Source of the DNA: a virus
Length of the DNA: 14,831 nt
Virus genome (UHGV): UHGV-0322133
Direction: 5' to 3' (one strand)
In this document: positions 1 through 9,649 of the stretch, in pieces
How positions within the stretch are numbered: position 1 is the stretch's first letter
Layout: every line of letters starts with the position of its first letter
Notes under the pieces: model-generated
Databases searched by the model: none
The model's input: only the letters and a program-made list of their open reading frames with translations
What the model was told of the DNA's origin: nothing
Program-made: the position numbers and the translations under genes

Positions 1-898
<898 letters not shown>

Positions 899-902
<4 letters not shown>

Positions 903-1075
903 TTCCTCGCACGATGTCTTAGCCACCGGATATCCCACAGGTGAGCCGTGTAGTTGAAGGTTTTTACGTCAGATTCTTTTGGGATTGGCTTGCGTTTGTT
1001 TCTGGAGCGTTTCGTTGGAAGGTATTTGCAGTTTTCACAGATTATGTCGGTGATACTTCGTCGCTGTCGTCTCAT
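899..1075 (-). CDS. ninE: NinE-like protein (58 aa)
   Basis: Below the ORF-track cutoff. Translation [58 protein letters not shown]; RBS ACAGGAGA; start overlaps ninB stop (ATGA); matches recalled lambdoid NinE. Confidence 0.6.
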
Positions 1076-1482
1076 TCGTATCTCCTGTCGGTAAATCTGA
1101 CACCCTGACCAATAGCCCAGGCTGTTGTGTACTCGATCAGACTTGCCATACGCTTCACGCTCATCTGTGCGCTACTCTCCCGAATGTTGACGAATTCGCC
1201 TTCAAGGCCGCGCAAAACATCAGCTTCCTGTTTTGTTGCCACTGCATGACCGCTGATCAACAAAACCTTCCATTGTTCCGGTTTTAACCATTTGCCGCAC
1301 CATTGAACCTGACGTGCGATATCCGCCAGCATCGCGTGAAATTTTGCGTTCTGGTCAAGGTTGCGCTTGTAGTCAGTAATGCGGATCGTGACTGGCTTGT
1401 CTTTATCGAGAGGAGTTGCGAGGATGGCGTTGATTGCGGCTTGCTGTTGTTGCTTAGTTCGGAGGAATATTGTTTGCTTCAC
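1072..1482 (-). CDS. ninB: NinB recombination protein
   Basis: 136-aa product resembles lambda NinB ([35 protein letters not shown]); GTG start preceded by AAGGAG. Confidence 0.85.
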   Translation of the reverse strand: MKQTIFLRTKQQQQAAINAILATPLDKDKPVTIRITDYKRNLDQNAKFHAMLADIARQVQWCGKWLKPEQWKVLLISGHAVATKQEADVLRGLEGEFVNIRESSAQMSVKRMASLIEYTTAWAIGQGVRFTDRRYE

Positions 1483-1493
1483 TGAACACTCCT

Positions 1494-1679
1494 TTATTTT
1501 TTATGCCTGTAACCCCATTCTTCCAGCAACCTTGCGGCGTACCACCCAAGAAACAAAGGAAAGAACATTACAATGAGATATTCCCCGCCACGTTCAATGT
1601 TCGAAATTGACCAGATTACGATGTAACCAGTGCAGAATAGGAATATTACAAACCCCAAAAAGCTACTTCGTCGATTCAT
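1494..1679 (-). CDS. small membrane protein, two predicted TM helices (61 aa)
   Basis: Internal ATG of ORF 1494..1727 preceded by GAAGGAG; MNRRSSFLGFVIFLFCTGYIVIWSI...LIVMFFPLFLGWYAARLL; 2 nt downstream of previous gene stop. Confidence 0.5.
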   Translation of the reverse strand: MNRRSSFLGFVIFLFCTGYIVIWSISNIERGGEYLIVMFFPLFLGWYAARLLEEWGYRHKK

Positions 1680-1681
1680 GC

Positions 1682-1951
1682 TCACTCCTTCACTTTGACT
1701 CCAGCAGCGCGAATCAGTCCTTCGCATTCACTAATTGCGTCGTTATAACCAAATGTGACCCCATCCTCGAAATCGGTAGAAAATGCCTCACGCTCTCTTT
1801 TTCCAGGACACTCAATCTCGATAGCTGCTCGCGATGCCTGCCATGCCTCCCATGCAATCTCGACCTTGATGTGCATAATCTTCATCACGTCACTTGAAAC
1901 GTGATATTTGTTTTTAAACCATTCTTCAAACTGCTTTCTTGATTCGTCCAT
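1682..1951 (-). CDS. hypothetical soluble protein (89 aa)
   Basis: ORF with GAGGG RBS; tightly packed between two small membrane-protein genes; no family recognised. Confidence 0.55.
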   Translation of the reverse strand: MDESRKQFEEWFKNKYHVSSDVMKIMHIKVEIAWEAWQASRAAIEIECPGKREREAFSTDFEDGVTFGYNDAISECEGLIRAAGVKVKE

Positions 1952-1968
1952 CGATACTTACCCTCAGT

Positions 1969-2175
1969 TCAACTCACAAAACGCCACGCCATTTTTGCTA
2001 CGACAACAGGCATAACACCGATAATCACCCAGACAAATGCAGCGCCAAACAACGTATACCATGGGTCTTTGCCGTCATTCACAAGACGAATGTAGCTATG
2101 CAGAACAATAAAAAACGTCAGAAGAATCCATCCAACGCCAACGCATTTGAATGCGACGAGCATAAACTCAGCCAC
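1969..2175 (-). CDS. small membrane protein, two predicted TM helices (68 aa)
   Basis: GTG start preceded by GGGAGAGAG; hydrophobic stretches LVAFKCVGVGWILLTFFIVL and LFGAAFVWVIIGVMPVVVA. Confidence 0.5.
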   Translation of the reverse strand: MAEFMLVAFKCVGVGWILLTFFIVLHSYIRLVNDGKDPWYTLFGAAFVWVIIGVMPVVVAKMAWRFVS

Positions 2176-2189
2176 GATTTACTCTCTCC

Positions 2190-2222
2190 CAAATAAAAAG
2201 GCCTGCGATTACCAGCAGGCCT
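2190..2222 (-). terminator. rho-independent terminator after the helicase gene (tR2 analogue by position)
   Basis: 8-bp stem AGGCCTGC/GCAGGCCT (2199..2222) followed on the minus strand by TTTTTATTT. Confidence 0.5.
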
Positions 2223-2250
2223 GTTATTAGCTCAGTGATGTAGATGGTCA

Positions 2251-3687
2251 TCAGAATCCTCCTTTCTTCTTGGACTGCGGTTCCTCGCGTTCACGGCGGC
2301 GCATTTCAGCAGACTGTTGGTCTGTATCATAAATAGCGCCATTTGCCTGAATGCAATACACCGTGCCGGTATTGCCATGACGATTGAGACGAAGGATTAG
2401 TTCGGTTTCACCAGGTGGAACACTGTCATCAAAAGCACCTTCACGATGGATCCCCACCCAATAATCGCAATCCTGTTCAATCTGCCCTGTATCTCGCGAG
2501 TCACTTGGTAATGGGCGCTTATTGGTTCGGCTTTCCAGTGCGCGGTTAAGCTGCGTCAGAAGCACAACAACGCAATCAAGCTCTTTGGCAAGGTTCTTCA
2601 GTCCTTTGGTGATCATGCCGTAAGCAAGGTCGTTGCGATCGGCCTTCTCAGCGGTCATTAGTGTCAGGTAATCGACCAGAATCATGCCAACACATCCTTT
2701 TTCTCGCTTGATTCGACGACTTTCGCTGACGATTTGAGCCAGAGATAATCCCGGCGTGTCGTCGATGTAAAGCAGGTCGATTTCACTCAAGCGATTGGCT
2801 GTTTCGATCGCCCTGTTGAAGTCACCATCGTAATCACCCTGATAGCCGTCATCAGCGTCATTTGTCGCCGGAAGGTAAAAAATATTCGGGTTAACACCTG
2901 ACTTCTGTCCTACCAGTTTTTCCAGTATCTGGTCACCGGGCATTTCAAGGCTGAACATCAGAGCGGGCTTTTTCTCATGCACTGCGCAGTTGATTGCCAT
3001 CTGGCTGTATAGCGTCGTTTTCCCCATCTTAGGGCGAGCGCCAATGACAAACAGAGAGCCTTTCACCAGACCTTTCGGTGACAGCATCCTGTCCAGCGAT
3101 GGGATCCCTGTGCTCATTCCCCGTTGTTCGCCTGATGGGTCAAATCGCTTCTCAAGGTCGCTAACCCAGTCTTCCATGACCTCACCAAATGAACGAAGGC
3201 CGCGACGCGATCCGGTTTTTGCATGGTCTGTCAGTTGCGTGAAAATCGACTGAATAGCTTCGTACTTCTGCGTTGCAGTCATTCCGTTGCGGGAATAGAG
3301 CAATTCCGTCGCTTCAGTCATGCGGTTGATGGCGTAGCGTTCCATTGCGGTTTCACGAACCTGCATTGCATAGGCAACGATGTTTGCGGCGCTTGGCGTG
3401 TTCTTTGCGATCTCAGCGATATAAGCAAAACCGCCAACAGACGCCGTTAACGATTTACGCTCCAATTCATCGAAAAGCGTCAGGCCATCTACTGGCTTTT
3501 GCTCCCGGTGCATTCTGGTTATTTCTTCGAAAAGGATTTTGTGTGGCCGGCTGTAAAATGAGTCAGGCTTCAGCATCGCCAGAACTTTCTGGACGCGCTC
3601 ACTGCTGTCATCATCCAGAAGCAATCCACCAATCACCGCCTGCTCTGCCTCGATGCTATGGGGCGGCGCATAAAAATTATCGGTCAT
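2251..3687 (-). CDS. replicative DNA helicase, DnaB family (P22 gene 12-like)
   Basis: N-terminal DnaB signature MTDNFYAPPHSIEAEQAVIGGLLLD; Walker A GARPKMGKT; RBS GAGGGTG at internal ATG of ORF 2251..3702. Confidence 0.9.
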   Translation of the reverse strand: MTDNFYAPPHSIEAEQAVIGGLLLDDDSSERVQKVLAMLKPDSFYSRPHKILFEEITRMHREQKPVDGLTLFDELERKSLTASVGGFAYIAEIAKNTPSAANIVAYAMQVRETAMERYAINRMTEATELLYSRNGMTATQKYEAIQSIFTQLTDHAKTGSRRGLRSFGEVMEDWVSDLEKRFDPSGEQRGMSTGIPSLDRMLSPKGLVKGSLFVIGARPKMGKTTLYSQMAINCAVHEKKPALMFSLEMPGDQILEKLVGQKSGVNPNIFYLPATNDADDGYQGDYDGDFNRAIETANRLSEIDLLYIDDTPGLSLAQIVSESRRIKREKGCVGMILVDYLTLMTAEKADRNDLAYGMITKGLKNLAKELDCVVVLLTQLNRALESRTNKRPLPSDSRDTGQIEQDCDYWVGIHREGAFDDSVPPGETELILRLNRHGNTGTVYCIQANGAIYDTDQQSAEMRRREREEPQSKKKGGF

Positions 3688-4567
3688 CGTGTTCACCCTC
3701 ACGAACTTTCAGGTAGGTATTATCGTTAAGCAGGAAATCAAATCCCTTTTTGTGCCAGACAGTTCCGCGTTGATGGTTTGGGCGCTCTTCGAACATCCAT
3801 CGACAATTTTCGCCTACGTAGCTCAAATAATTTCTCCAGTCCTGCATCGAGAACCCATGCCCGTCAAGCTGGCGGGTTATCACTCCGGCTTTGCGCCAGA
3901 ACGTTCGGATCTGGTTTTTACGCTTGTCATTCAGTGCGCGGATTCTTGGAGCTTCAGGAAGGATTTCGTGGTAAGCATCGACAACATCCTGACAGCTAAC
4001 GGAAGGTTTTTTCTTGTCAGACTTTTTGTCTGCTGTGGCACTCTCTAATACGTCAGTATTAGAGATATTATTTATATTATTGTTTATGGACAACTGTTGG
4101 ACAACCGCTGGACAATCTCCGCTGAGAGCCGTGCCATTACTGGTGTTTGCGTTGGACAACCGTTGGACAACCGTTGGACAATTTTTTGACTGAAAATCGT
4201 CATATTTAACGATTGTAAACAGGCTAAATTTCTTCCCCATCGCGCAAATATTAAGCATCCCTTTCGACTCAAAAGTCCGTAATAAGCTCCGAACTTTGTT
4301 GTCGGGGATGAATGTTTCTCTGACCAGCGACGGGCGTCCAGTTATCATCTGACCGCGATCAACAGTTATCGGACCGATATCCGTATTGACGACAGTAGAT
4401 TCGTGATTAGCCTTGAGGATTAAGTGAAGCCAAAGATGTACTGCCTGAGAGTCCTTATAGAGCCTGCTGTCCATAAACTGGCGGTGTATAGAGACATACC
4501 CCATACTGGATGCCTCCTGATGTTGTACAGGGTTATGCCTGTAATCAGCTAACTTAACGACGCCCAT
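3677..4567 (-). CDS. replication initiation protein, lambda O / P22 gene 18 analogue
   Basis: Sits directly upstream of and overlapping the helicase gene; central part of the coding sequence contains the iteron array. Alternative start at 4504 (AGGAGG RBS) is equally plausible. Confidence 0.75.
   Translation of the reverse strand: MGVVKLADYRHNPVQHQEASSMGYVSIHRQFMDSRLYKDSQAVHLWLHLILKANHESTVVNTDIGPITVDRGQMITGRPSLVRETFIPDNKVRSLLRTFESKGMLNICAMGKKFSLFTIVKYDDFQSKNCPTVVQRLSNANTSNGTALSGDCPAVVQQLSINNNINNISNTDVLESATADKKSDKKKPSVSCQDVVDAYHEILPEAPRIRALNDKRKNQIRTFWRKAGVITRQLDGHGFSMQDWRNYLSYVGENCRWMFEERPNHQRGTVWHKKGFDFLLNDNTYLKVREGEHDDR
4086..4186. repeat. origin-of-replication iterons inside the initiator gene
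   Basis: Five or more copies of TGGACAAC(N)G in two clusters (4086..4118 and 4149..4186), flanked by AT-rich sequence at 4040..4085 and 4180..4210; ori-lambda-like arrangement. Confidence 0.7.
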
Positions 4568-4749
4568 GTTTCACTCCTGCTTTGGCTAGTCTGTAAACAC
4601 CAACAAGGCGCTCTGCGAACGCCCTGTTATTTGCTGCGGCTACCACTAATCACTCAGGTGAATCAGGGTGTCGAATCTCTTCTTTTTCCTGGTATTTCTT
4701 ACGACGTTTTGTCATAATTACTCCTGTGGATTGATCCAGTCTTTCTACA

Positions 4750-5028
4750 TCAGGCCTCGAAGAATTCGCCGTTCTTCGGGGCTTTTTCTTTTGTCAGCAT
4801 TCTGGCTACTTTCTTAGCCAGTTCCGCCAACTCCTCGTCTTCAACACCCCATTCAAGAACAGCCAGAAGCATTCCCATTTTGGGGATGAAGCTATCTTTC
4901 CATCGCGAAATTTGCGATTCATTAATCCCTAACGCGTCGGCAACCTTTCGCTGACCACGTACAGCAATTCGATTCAGGATGTTGCTTGTAATTGCATTCG
5001 CTTTCTTGCGAGTACTTGTAAGTTGCAT
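4750..5028 (-). CDS. cII: CII transcriptional activator
   Basis: Product MQLTSTRKK...ESQISRWK...MLLAVLEWGV resembles lambda CII; RBS AAGGAAA at internal ATG of ORF 4750..5088. Confidence 0.85.
   Translation of the reverse strand: MQLTSTRKKANAITSNILNRIAVRGQRKVADALGINESQISRWKDSFIPKMGMLLAVLEWGVEDEELAELAKKVARMLTKEKAPKNGEFFEA
4755..4792 (+). terminator. rho-independent terminator antisense to the 3' end of cII (oop-RNA-like)
   Basis: 10-bp stem CCTCGAAGAA/TTCTTCGGGG with 7-nt loop followed by CTTTTTCTTTT on the plus strand; no U-run on the minus strand. Confidence 0.55.
4982..4995 (+). promoter_or_regulatory. candidate CII-binding site of a PRE-like promoter
   Basis: TTGC-N6-TTGC (TTGCTTGTAATTGC) just inside the 5' end of cII, oriented toward cI. 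Confidence 0.4.
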
Positions 5029-5107
5029 ATGTAAGTATTTCCTTAGATAACAATTGATTGAATGTATGCAAATAAATGCATACACCATAGGTGTGGTTTA
5101 ATTTGAT

Positions 5108-5139
5108 GCCCTTTTTCAGGGCTGGGATGTGTAAGAGCG
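5108..5139 (-). promoter_or_regulatory. nutR (boxA and boxB) N-utilisation site
   Basis: Minus-strand reading CGCTCTTAC (boxA, 5131..5139) and GCCCTGAAAAAGGGC (boxB, 5108..5122) between cro and cII. Confidence 0.8.
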
Positions 5140-5147
5140 GGAATGTC

Positions 5148-6500
<1,353 letters not shown>

Positions 6501-6550
6501 TCCCCACCTCAATCTCGATAACCAAAAAACAAACTATTTTCCGTTTAAAA

Positions 6551-6618
6551 ACAACGGAGTTTGTTTTTCACGCCTCTTTTTACAATATTTCTTGTTTACA
6601 ACATACAATCTTTCTTGT
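6551..6618. promoter_or_regulatory. OL operators (three ACAA-N6-TTGT sites) with PL
   Basis: Sites at 6551..6564, 6582..6595, 6605..6618; TTTACA -35-like hexamer at 6595..6600 oriented toward N. Confidence 0.6.
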
Positions 6619-6662
6619 AATTTTAAGCCATCAGCAGGACGCGCTAACCACCATGAAGGTGA

Positions 6663-6693
6663 TGCTCTTAAAAATTAAGCCCTGAAGAAGGGC
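6663..6693 (+). promoter_or_regulatory. nutL (boxA and boxB)
   Basis: TGCTCTTAA followed by GCCCTGAAGAAGGGC hairpin (6679..6693), as in lambda nutL. Confidence 0.8.
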
Positions 6694-6865
6694 AGCATTC
6701 AAAGCAGAAGGCTTTGGGGTGTGGTGAAGGGTTCATGGATGGGAATATGTCGCACGTAAAGCGGCGAGGCCTGCGGAACTATTGCCGAATTGAAGTCGGC
6801 CGAAGCAGGTCGAAATGGGTCTCCCACCTACCACACCACCAAAGCTAACTGACAGGAGAATCAAG

Positions 6866-7198
6866 ATGGATGCACAAACACGACGCCGCGAACGTCGCGC
6901 AGAGAAACAGGCTCAATGGAAAGCAGCAAATCCCCTGTTGGTTGGGGTAAGCGCAAAACCAGTTAACCGCCCTATTCTCTCGCTGAATCGCAAACCGAAA
7001 TCACGAGTAGAAAGCGCACTGAATCCGATAGACCTTACAGTACTGGCTGAATACCACGAACAGATTGAAAGCAACCTGCAACGTATTGAGCGCAAGAATC
7101 AGCGCACATGGTACAGCAAGCCACGCAGTGAAATGGGTGTGACTTGTTCAGGCCGCCAGAAACAACGCGGAAAATCAATTCCAGCTTATTACGATTGA
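6866..7198 (+). CDS. N: N antitermination protein, lambda type
   Basis: MDAQTRRRERRAEKQAQWKAANPLLVGVSAKPVNRPILSLNRKPKSRVESALNPIDLTVLAEYH matches recalled lambda N including the arginine-rich motif; RBS ACAGGAGA. Confidence 0.9.
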   Translation: MDAQTRRRERRAEKQAQWKAANPLLVGVSAKPVNRPILSLNRKPKSRVESALNPIDLTVLAEYHEQIESNLQRIERKNQRTWYSKPRSEMGVTCSGRQKQRGKSIPAYYD

Positions 7199-7203
7199 GG
7201 TTA

Positions 7204-7473
7204 ATGATGAAGTTCAAATTGAACGATGAAGTTAAATGGTCAAGCTCATCAAACGGTGTAACGAAGGTAAAAATCGGGTTTATCGTCGAGGTGATTCCTC
7301 CTGGTGTCAACGTAAAAAAATTCGAACTAGGCCGTCTGCTAGATGCACCTGGCCTTCCGAGGAAAGAAGAGAGCTATATAGTTTGTGTAGCTCCAAGACC
7401 CGGATCTCGTGCCAAGCCAAAATATTACTGGCCGCGAGTTAATAACCTGCGTCACTTACACGATGACAAATAG
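7204..7473 (+). CDS. hypothetical protein (89 aa)
   Basis: ATGATG start 5 nt after N stop with GAGG RBS; no family recognised. Confidence 0.55.
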   Translation: MMKFKLNDEVKWSSSSNGVTKVKIGFIVEVIPPGVNVKKFELGRLLDAPGLPRKEESYIVCVAPRPGSRAKPKYYWPRVNNLRHLHDDK

Positions 7474-7528
7474 AAGTGAATATCATTGTTTTACTTTTTC
7501 GCAGCAAACCACTTATTTGAGGTGAGAT

Positions 7529-7852
7529 ATGGAAGCATTAGTAGTAGAGCGAAGCGAGGATGGCTACTGGACGCACCCAGAATACGCCAACCTGTTTGGG
7601 GATAGAGAGGTAATTTCAGCTGATGAGTTCAGATCTTTCTGCAAGCAGCATGGCATTGAATCATCAATTGTTGAAATGGAAAACGACAACAATCAAACGG
7701 TAATTGACGCGTATTTTGAAGATGGGAATCCAAACATCAGTGGATGGGAGCCAAGCATGCCAGATGGAGAAGGATGGTTTGTCGGTTCGATTCACGATAC
7801 AGAAGACGGTCCGATCTGCGTTTGGTTCAGGAATGTAGATAAGGCAGAATAG
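7529..7852 (+). CDS. hypothetical strongly acidic protein (107 aa)
   Basis: RBS GAGGTGAGAT; by my count about 24 Asp/Glu against about 6 Lys/Arg. Confidence 0.6.
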   Translation: MEALVVERSEDGYWTHPEYANLFGDREVISADEFRSFCKQHGIESSIVEMENDNNQTVIDAYFEDGNPNISGWEPSMPDGEGWFVGSIHDTEDGPICVWFRNVDKAE

Positions 7853-7986
7853 TCGGCCTTTATTTTTGGCATAAACAACAGAATAAACACAGCACTGTGT
7901 ATTCATTCCAACGAGTGAATACACGGAGCAATGTCGCTCGTAACTAAACAGGAGCCGACTTGTTCTGATTATTGGAAATCTTCTTT

Positions 7987-8012
7987 GCCCTCCGATGTGA
8001 GGGCCTTTTTAT
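7987..8012 (+). terminator. candidate rho-independent terminator upstream of cIII
   Basis: Stem GCCCTC/GAGGGC with 6-nt loop followed by CTTTTTA. Confidence 0.4.
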
Positions 8013-8076
8013 ATGCATAACAATAACGCTTCACTCGAGGCGTTTTCGTTATGCAATCAAATATAAGGAGTTACCC

Positions 8077-8211
8077 ATGATGCACTTTCAGCTCGCGGGT
8101 AGCGGCGTCATGTCCGCTTTCTACCCGCACGAATCTGAATTATCACGCCGAGTTAAACAATTAATCAGAGCAGCAAAGAAACAACTGGAGGCGTTATGCG
8201 CAATGAAATAG
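8077..8211 (+). CDS. cIII: CIII-like protein (FtsH inhibitor that stabilises CII), 44 aa
   Basis: MMHFQLAGSGVMSAFYPHESELSRRVKQLIRAAKKQLEAL resembles lambda CIII core (AGWPVAGCPSESLLERITRKL); RBS AAGGAG; internal start of ORF 7972..8211. Confidence 0.7.
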   Translation: MMHFQLAGSGVMSAFYPHESELSRRVKQLIRAAKKQLEALCAMK

Positions 8212-8348
8212 CCATCAATCACCAGATGCTTCGTGCTGCACAAAACAAAGCAGTAATAGCCAGATTTATTGGTGATTCAAAAATGTGGCTTGAAGCAAAT
8301 AAAGCGATGAAATCAGCTATCAACCTTCCGTGGTATCGCAGGAAATGA
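8196..8348 (+). CDS. kil: Kil-like host cell-division inhibitor (50 aa)
   Basis: Below the ORF-track cutoff. MRNEIAINHQMLRAAQNKAVIARFIGDSKMW...; IAxFIGDxKM motif as recalled for lambda Kil; RBS GGAGG; immediately after cIII. Confidence 0.6.
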   Translation: MRNEIAINHQMLRAAQNKAVIARFIGDSKMWLEANKAMKSAINLPWYRRK

Positions 8349-8429
8349 GTTTTACAGATAACTGGTCAGACGAAGAATTCATTCGTCAGATGAACAAAAT
8401 GCTCAATCAGCACAAAGAGAAGGAGAAAG

Positions 8430-8741
8430 ATGATGATTCTGACTCTGAATGATAAGCGTGAAATATCGCAAATAATCGCAAGTTTTACTGATGAAGATTA
8501 CGAGCGAATCAACAGTGAAGTTGATCGCCTCTGCAAACGTTGCGACCCAATAAGCGAAATGCTTCGCTCATATAAACCAGATGAACACACTAAGGACGCT
8601 ATCGACTGGCTGGAAGATGATGACTGTAACTATCAGGAAAAAGCCGCTGAATGGTTCTGGGATGCAATAACCGAAAGAGTTAAGGCTGAATATGCCTTCG
8701 CAATATTCAAACGCAGACACATTTTTGGAGAAGCAGCATGA
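8430..8741 (+). CDS. hypothetical acidic protein at the gam position (103 aa)
   Basis: RBS AAGGAG; stop overlaps recT start (ATGA); acidic, no family recognised. Confidence 0.6.
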   Translation: MMILTLNDKREISQIIASFTDEDYERINSEVDRLCKRCDPISEMLRSYKPDEHTKDAIDWLEDDDCNYQEKAAEWFWDAITERVKAEYAFAIFKRRHIFGEAA

Positions 8742-9649
8742 GCAATATCGTTGAATTCGTTAAACAGCAGGAGCAGTTATTCTGCGGAGCATTGACTGAA
8801 CAGACGGTGACATGGGCTAAGGAAAGCCAGTTTGCAATTCAGTATTTCCAGAAAAACGATTACCTGGCTAAAACAGCACTGGCAAACCCAACCAGCGCAC
8901 AGAACGCCATCATCAATGTTGCGGCGATCGGTATCACCTTAAACCCGGCTAGCAAACTGGCTTATCTGGTTCCGCGCGACGGCATGGTGTGCCTTGATAT
9001 CAGTTATATGGGATTGCTCCATATTGCAATGGAGTCTGGTGTTATCTCATGGGGTCAGGCAAAACTTGTTCATGCTAACGATACCTATGAGTCAAACGGG
9101 CTTGATAAAGCACCAACCCATAAATACAACGCCTTCGGTGATCGTGGTGATATCGTTGGCGTTTACTGCACAGTTAAGACGCCAGCAGGTGATTATCTAA
9201 CGGAAGAGATGAGTCTGGCTGAAATTGAGGCTGTAAGGAAAACAAGCAAGGCGGCATTCAGCGATAAAGGACCATGGGTAAATCACTGGAATGAGATGGC
9301 GCGAAAGACGGTCGTAAAGCGTGCAAGCAAGTATTGGCCTAAGGCATCACGTCTTGATAGTGCTATTCACGTACTAAACGAAGAAGAAGGTGTGTGGACT
9401 GAACCAGTTATGCCGCACAAATCAGAGGAATATATCCGCGAAGATGAACGGAAACGCCAGCAGGAAATTATGGAAAAAGCACAACTTCTTTGTGATGAAA
9501 TGGCTCAGGCAGAAAACATGGATGATTTGAAGCGATATTTTGCAGAAGCATATCGCCTGACATCTGGAATGAAATTGCAGCAGAACGTACAAGCCATTTA
9601 CATAGAATGCAAAGCGAAACTGGAGGTTGCCAGTGAGCAAACTATATGA
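8738..9649 (+). CDS. recT: RecT-family single-strand annealing recombinase
   Basis: GPWVNHWNEMARKTVVKRASKYWP matches RecT core (GPWVTHWEEMAKKTAIRRLFKYLP in Rac RecT as recalled). Confidence 0.85.
   Translation: MSNIVEFVKQQEQLFCGALTEQTVTWAKESQFAIQYFQKNDYLAKTALANPTSAQNAIINVAAIGITLNPASKLAYLVPRDGMVCLDISYMGLLHIAMESGVISWGQAKLVHANDTYESNGLDKAPTHKYNAFGDRGDIVGVYCTVKTPAGDYLTEEMSLAEIEAVRKTSKAAFSDKGPWVNHWNEMARKTVVKRASKYWPKASRLDSAIHVLNEEEGVWTEPVMPHKSEEYIREDERKRQQEIMEKAQLLCDEMAQAENMDDLKRYFAEAYRLTSGMKLQQNVQAIYIECKAKLEVASEQTI

Noticed and set aside
2990-3716. Plus-strand ORFs 2990..3253, 3223..3450 and 3345..3716
   Set aside because: Antisense to the DnaB-family helicase gene; Arg/Ser-rich, typical of antisense frames in GC-rich coding DNA.
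4084-4272. 62-aa minus-strand ORF with repeated VQRLSN, and the iteron array as a possible CRISPR-like repeat
   Set aside because: It is an in-frame sub-ORF of the initiator gene; the repeats are contiguous origin iterons without unique spacers.
4650-4715. 21-codon minus-strand ORF (MTKRRKKYQEKEEIRHPDSPE) with CAGGAG RBS between cII and the initiator gene
   Set aside because: Very short, lies in the region expected to hold the oop promoter, no homology; cannot be supported from sequence alone.
6737-6850. 37-codon ORF in the N leader
   Set aside because: Kept only as a note in a finding; too short and unsupported to call a gene.
7664-7924. 86-aa minus-strand ORF
   Set aside because: Overlaps the well-supported plus-strand gene 7529..7852; low-complexity hydrophobic product.
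8025-8046. Second hairpin (AACGC...GCGTT) with a short T-run just upstream of the cIII RBS
   Set aside because: Stem is short with a large internal loop; too weak to call a terminator.
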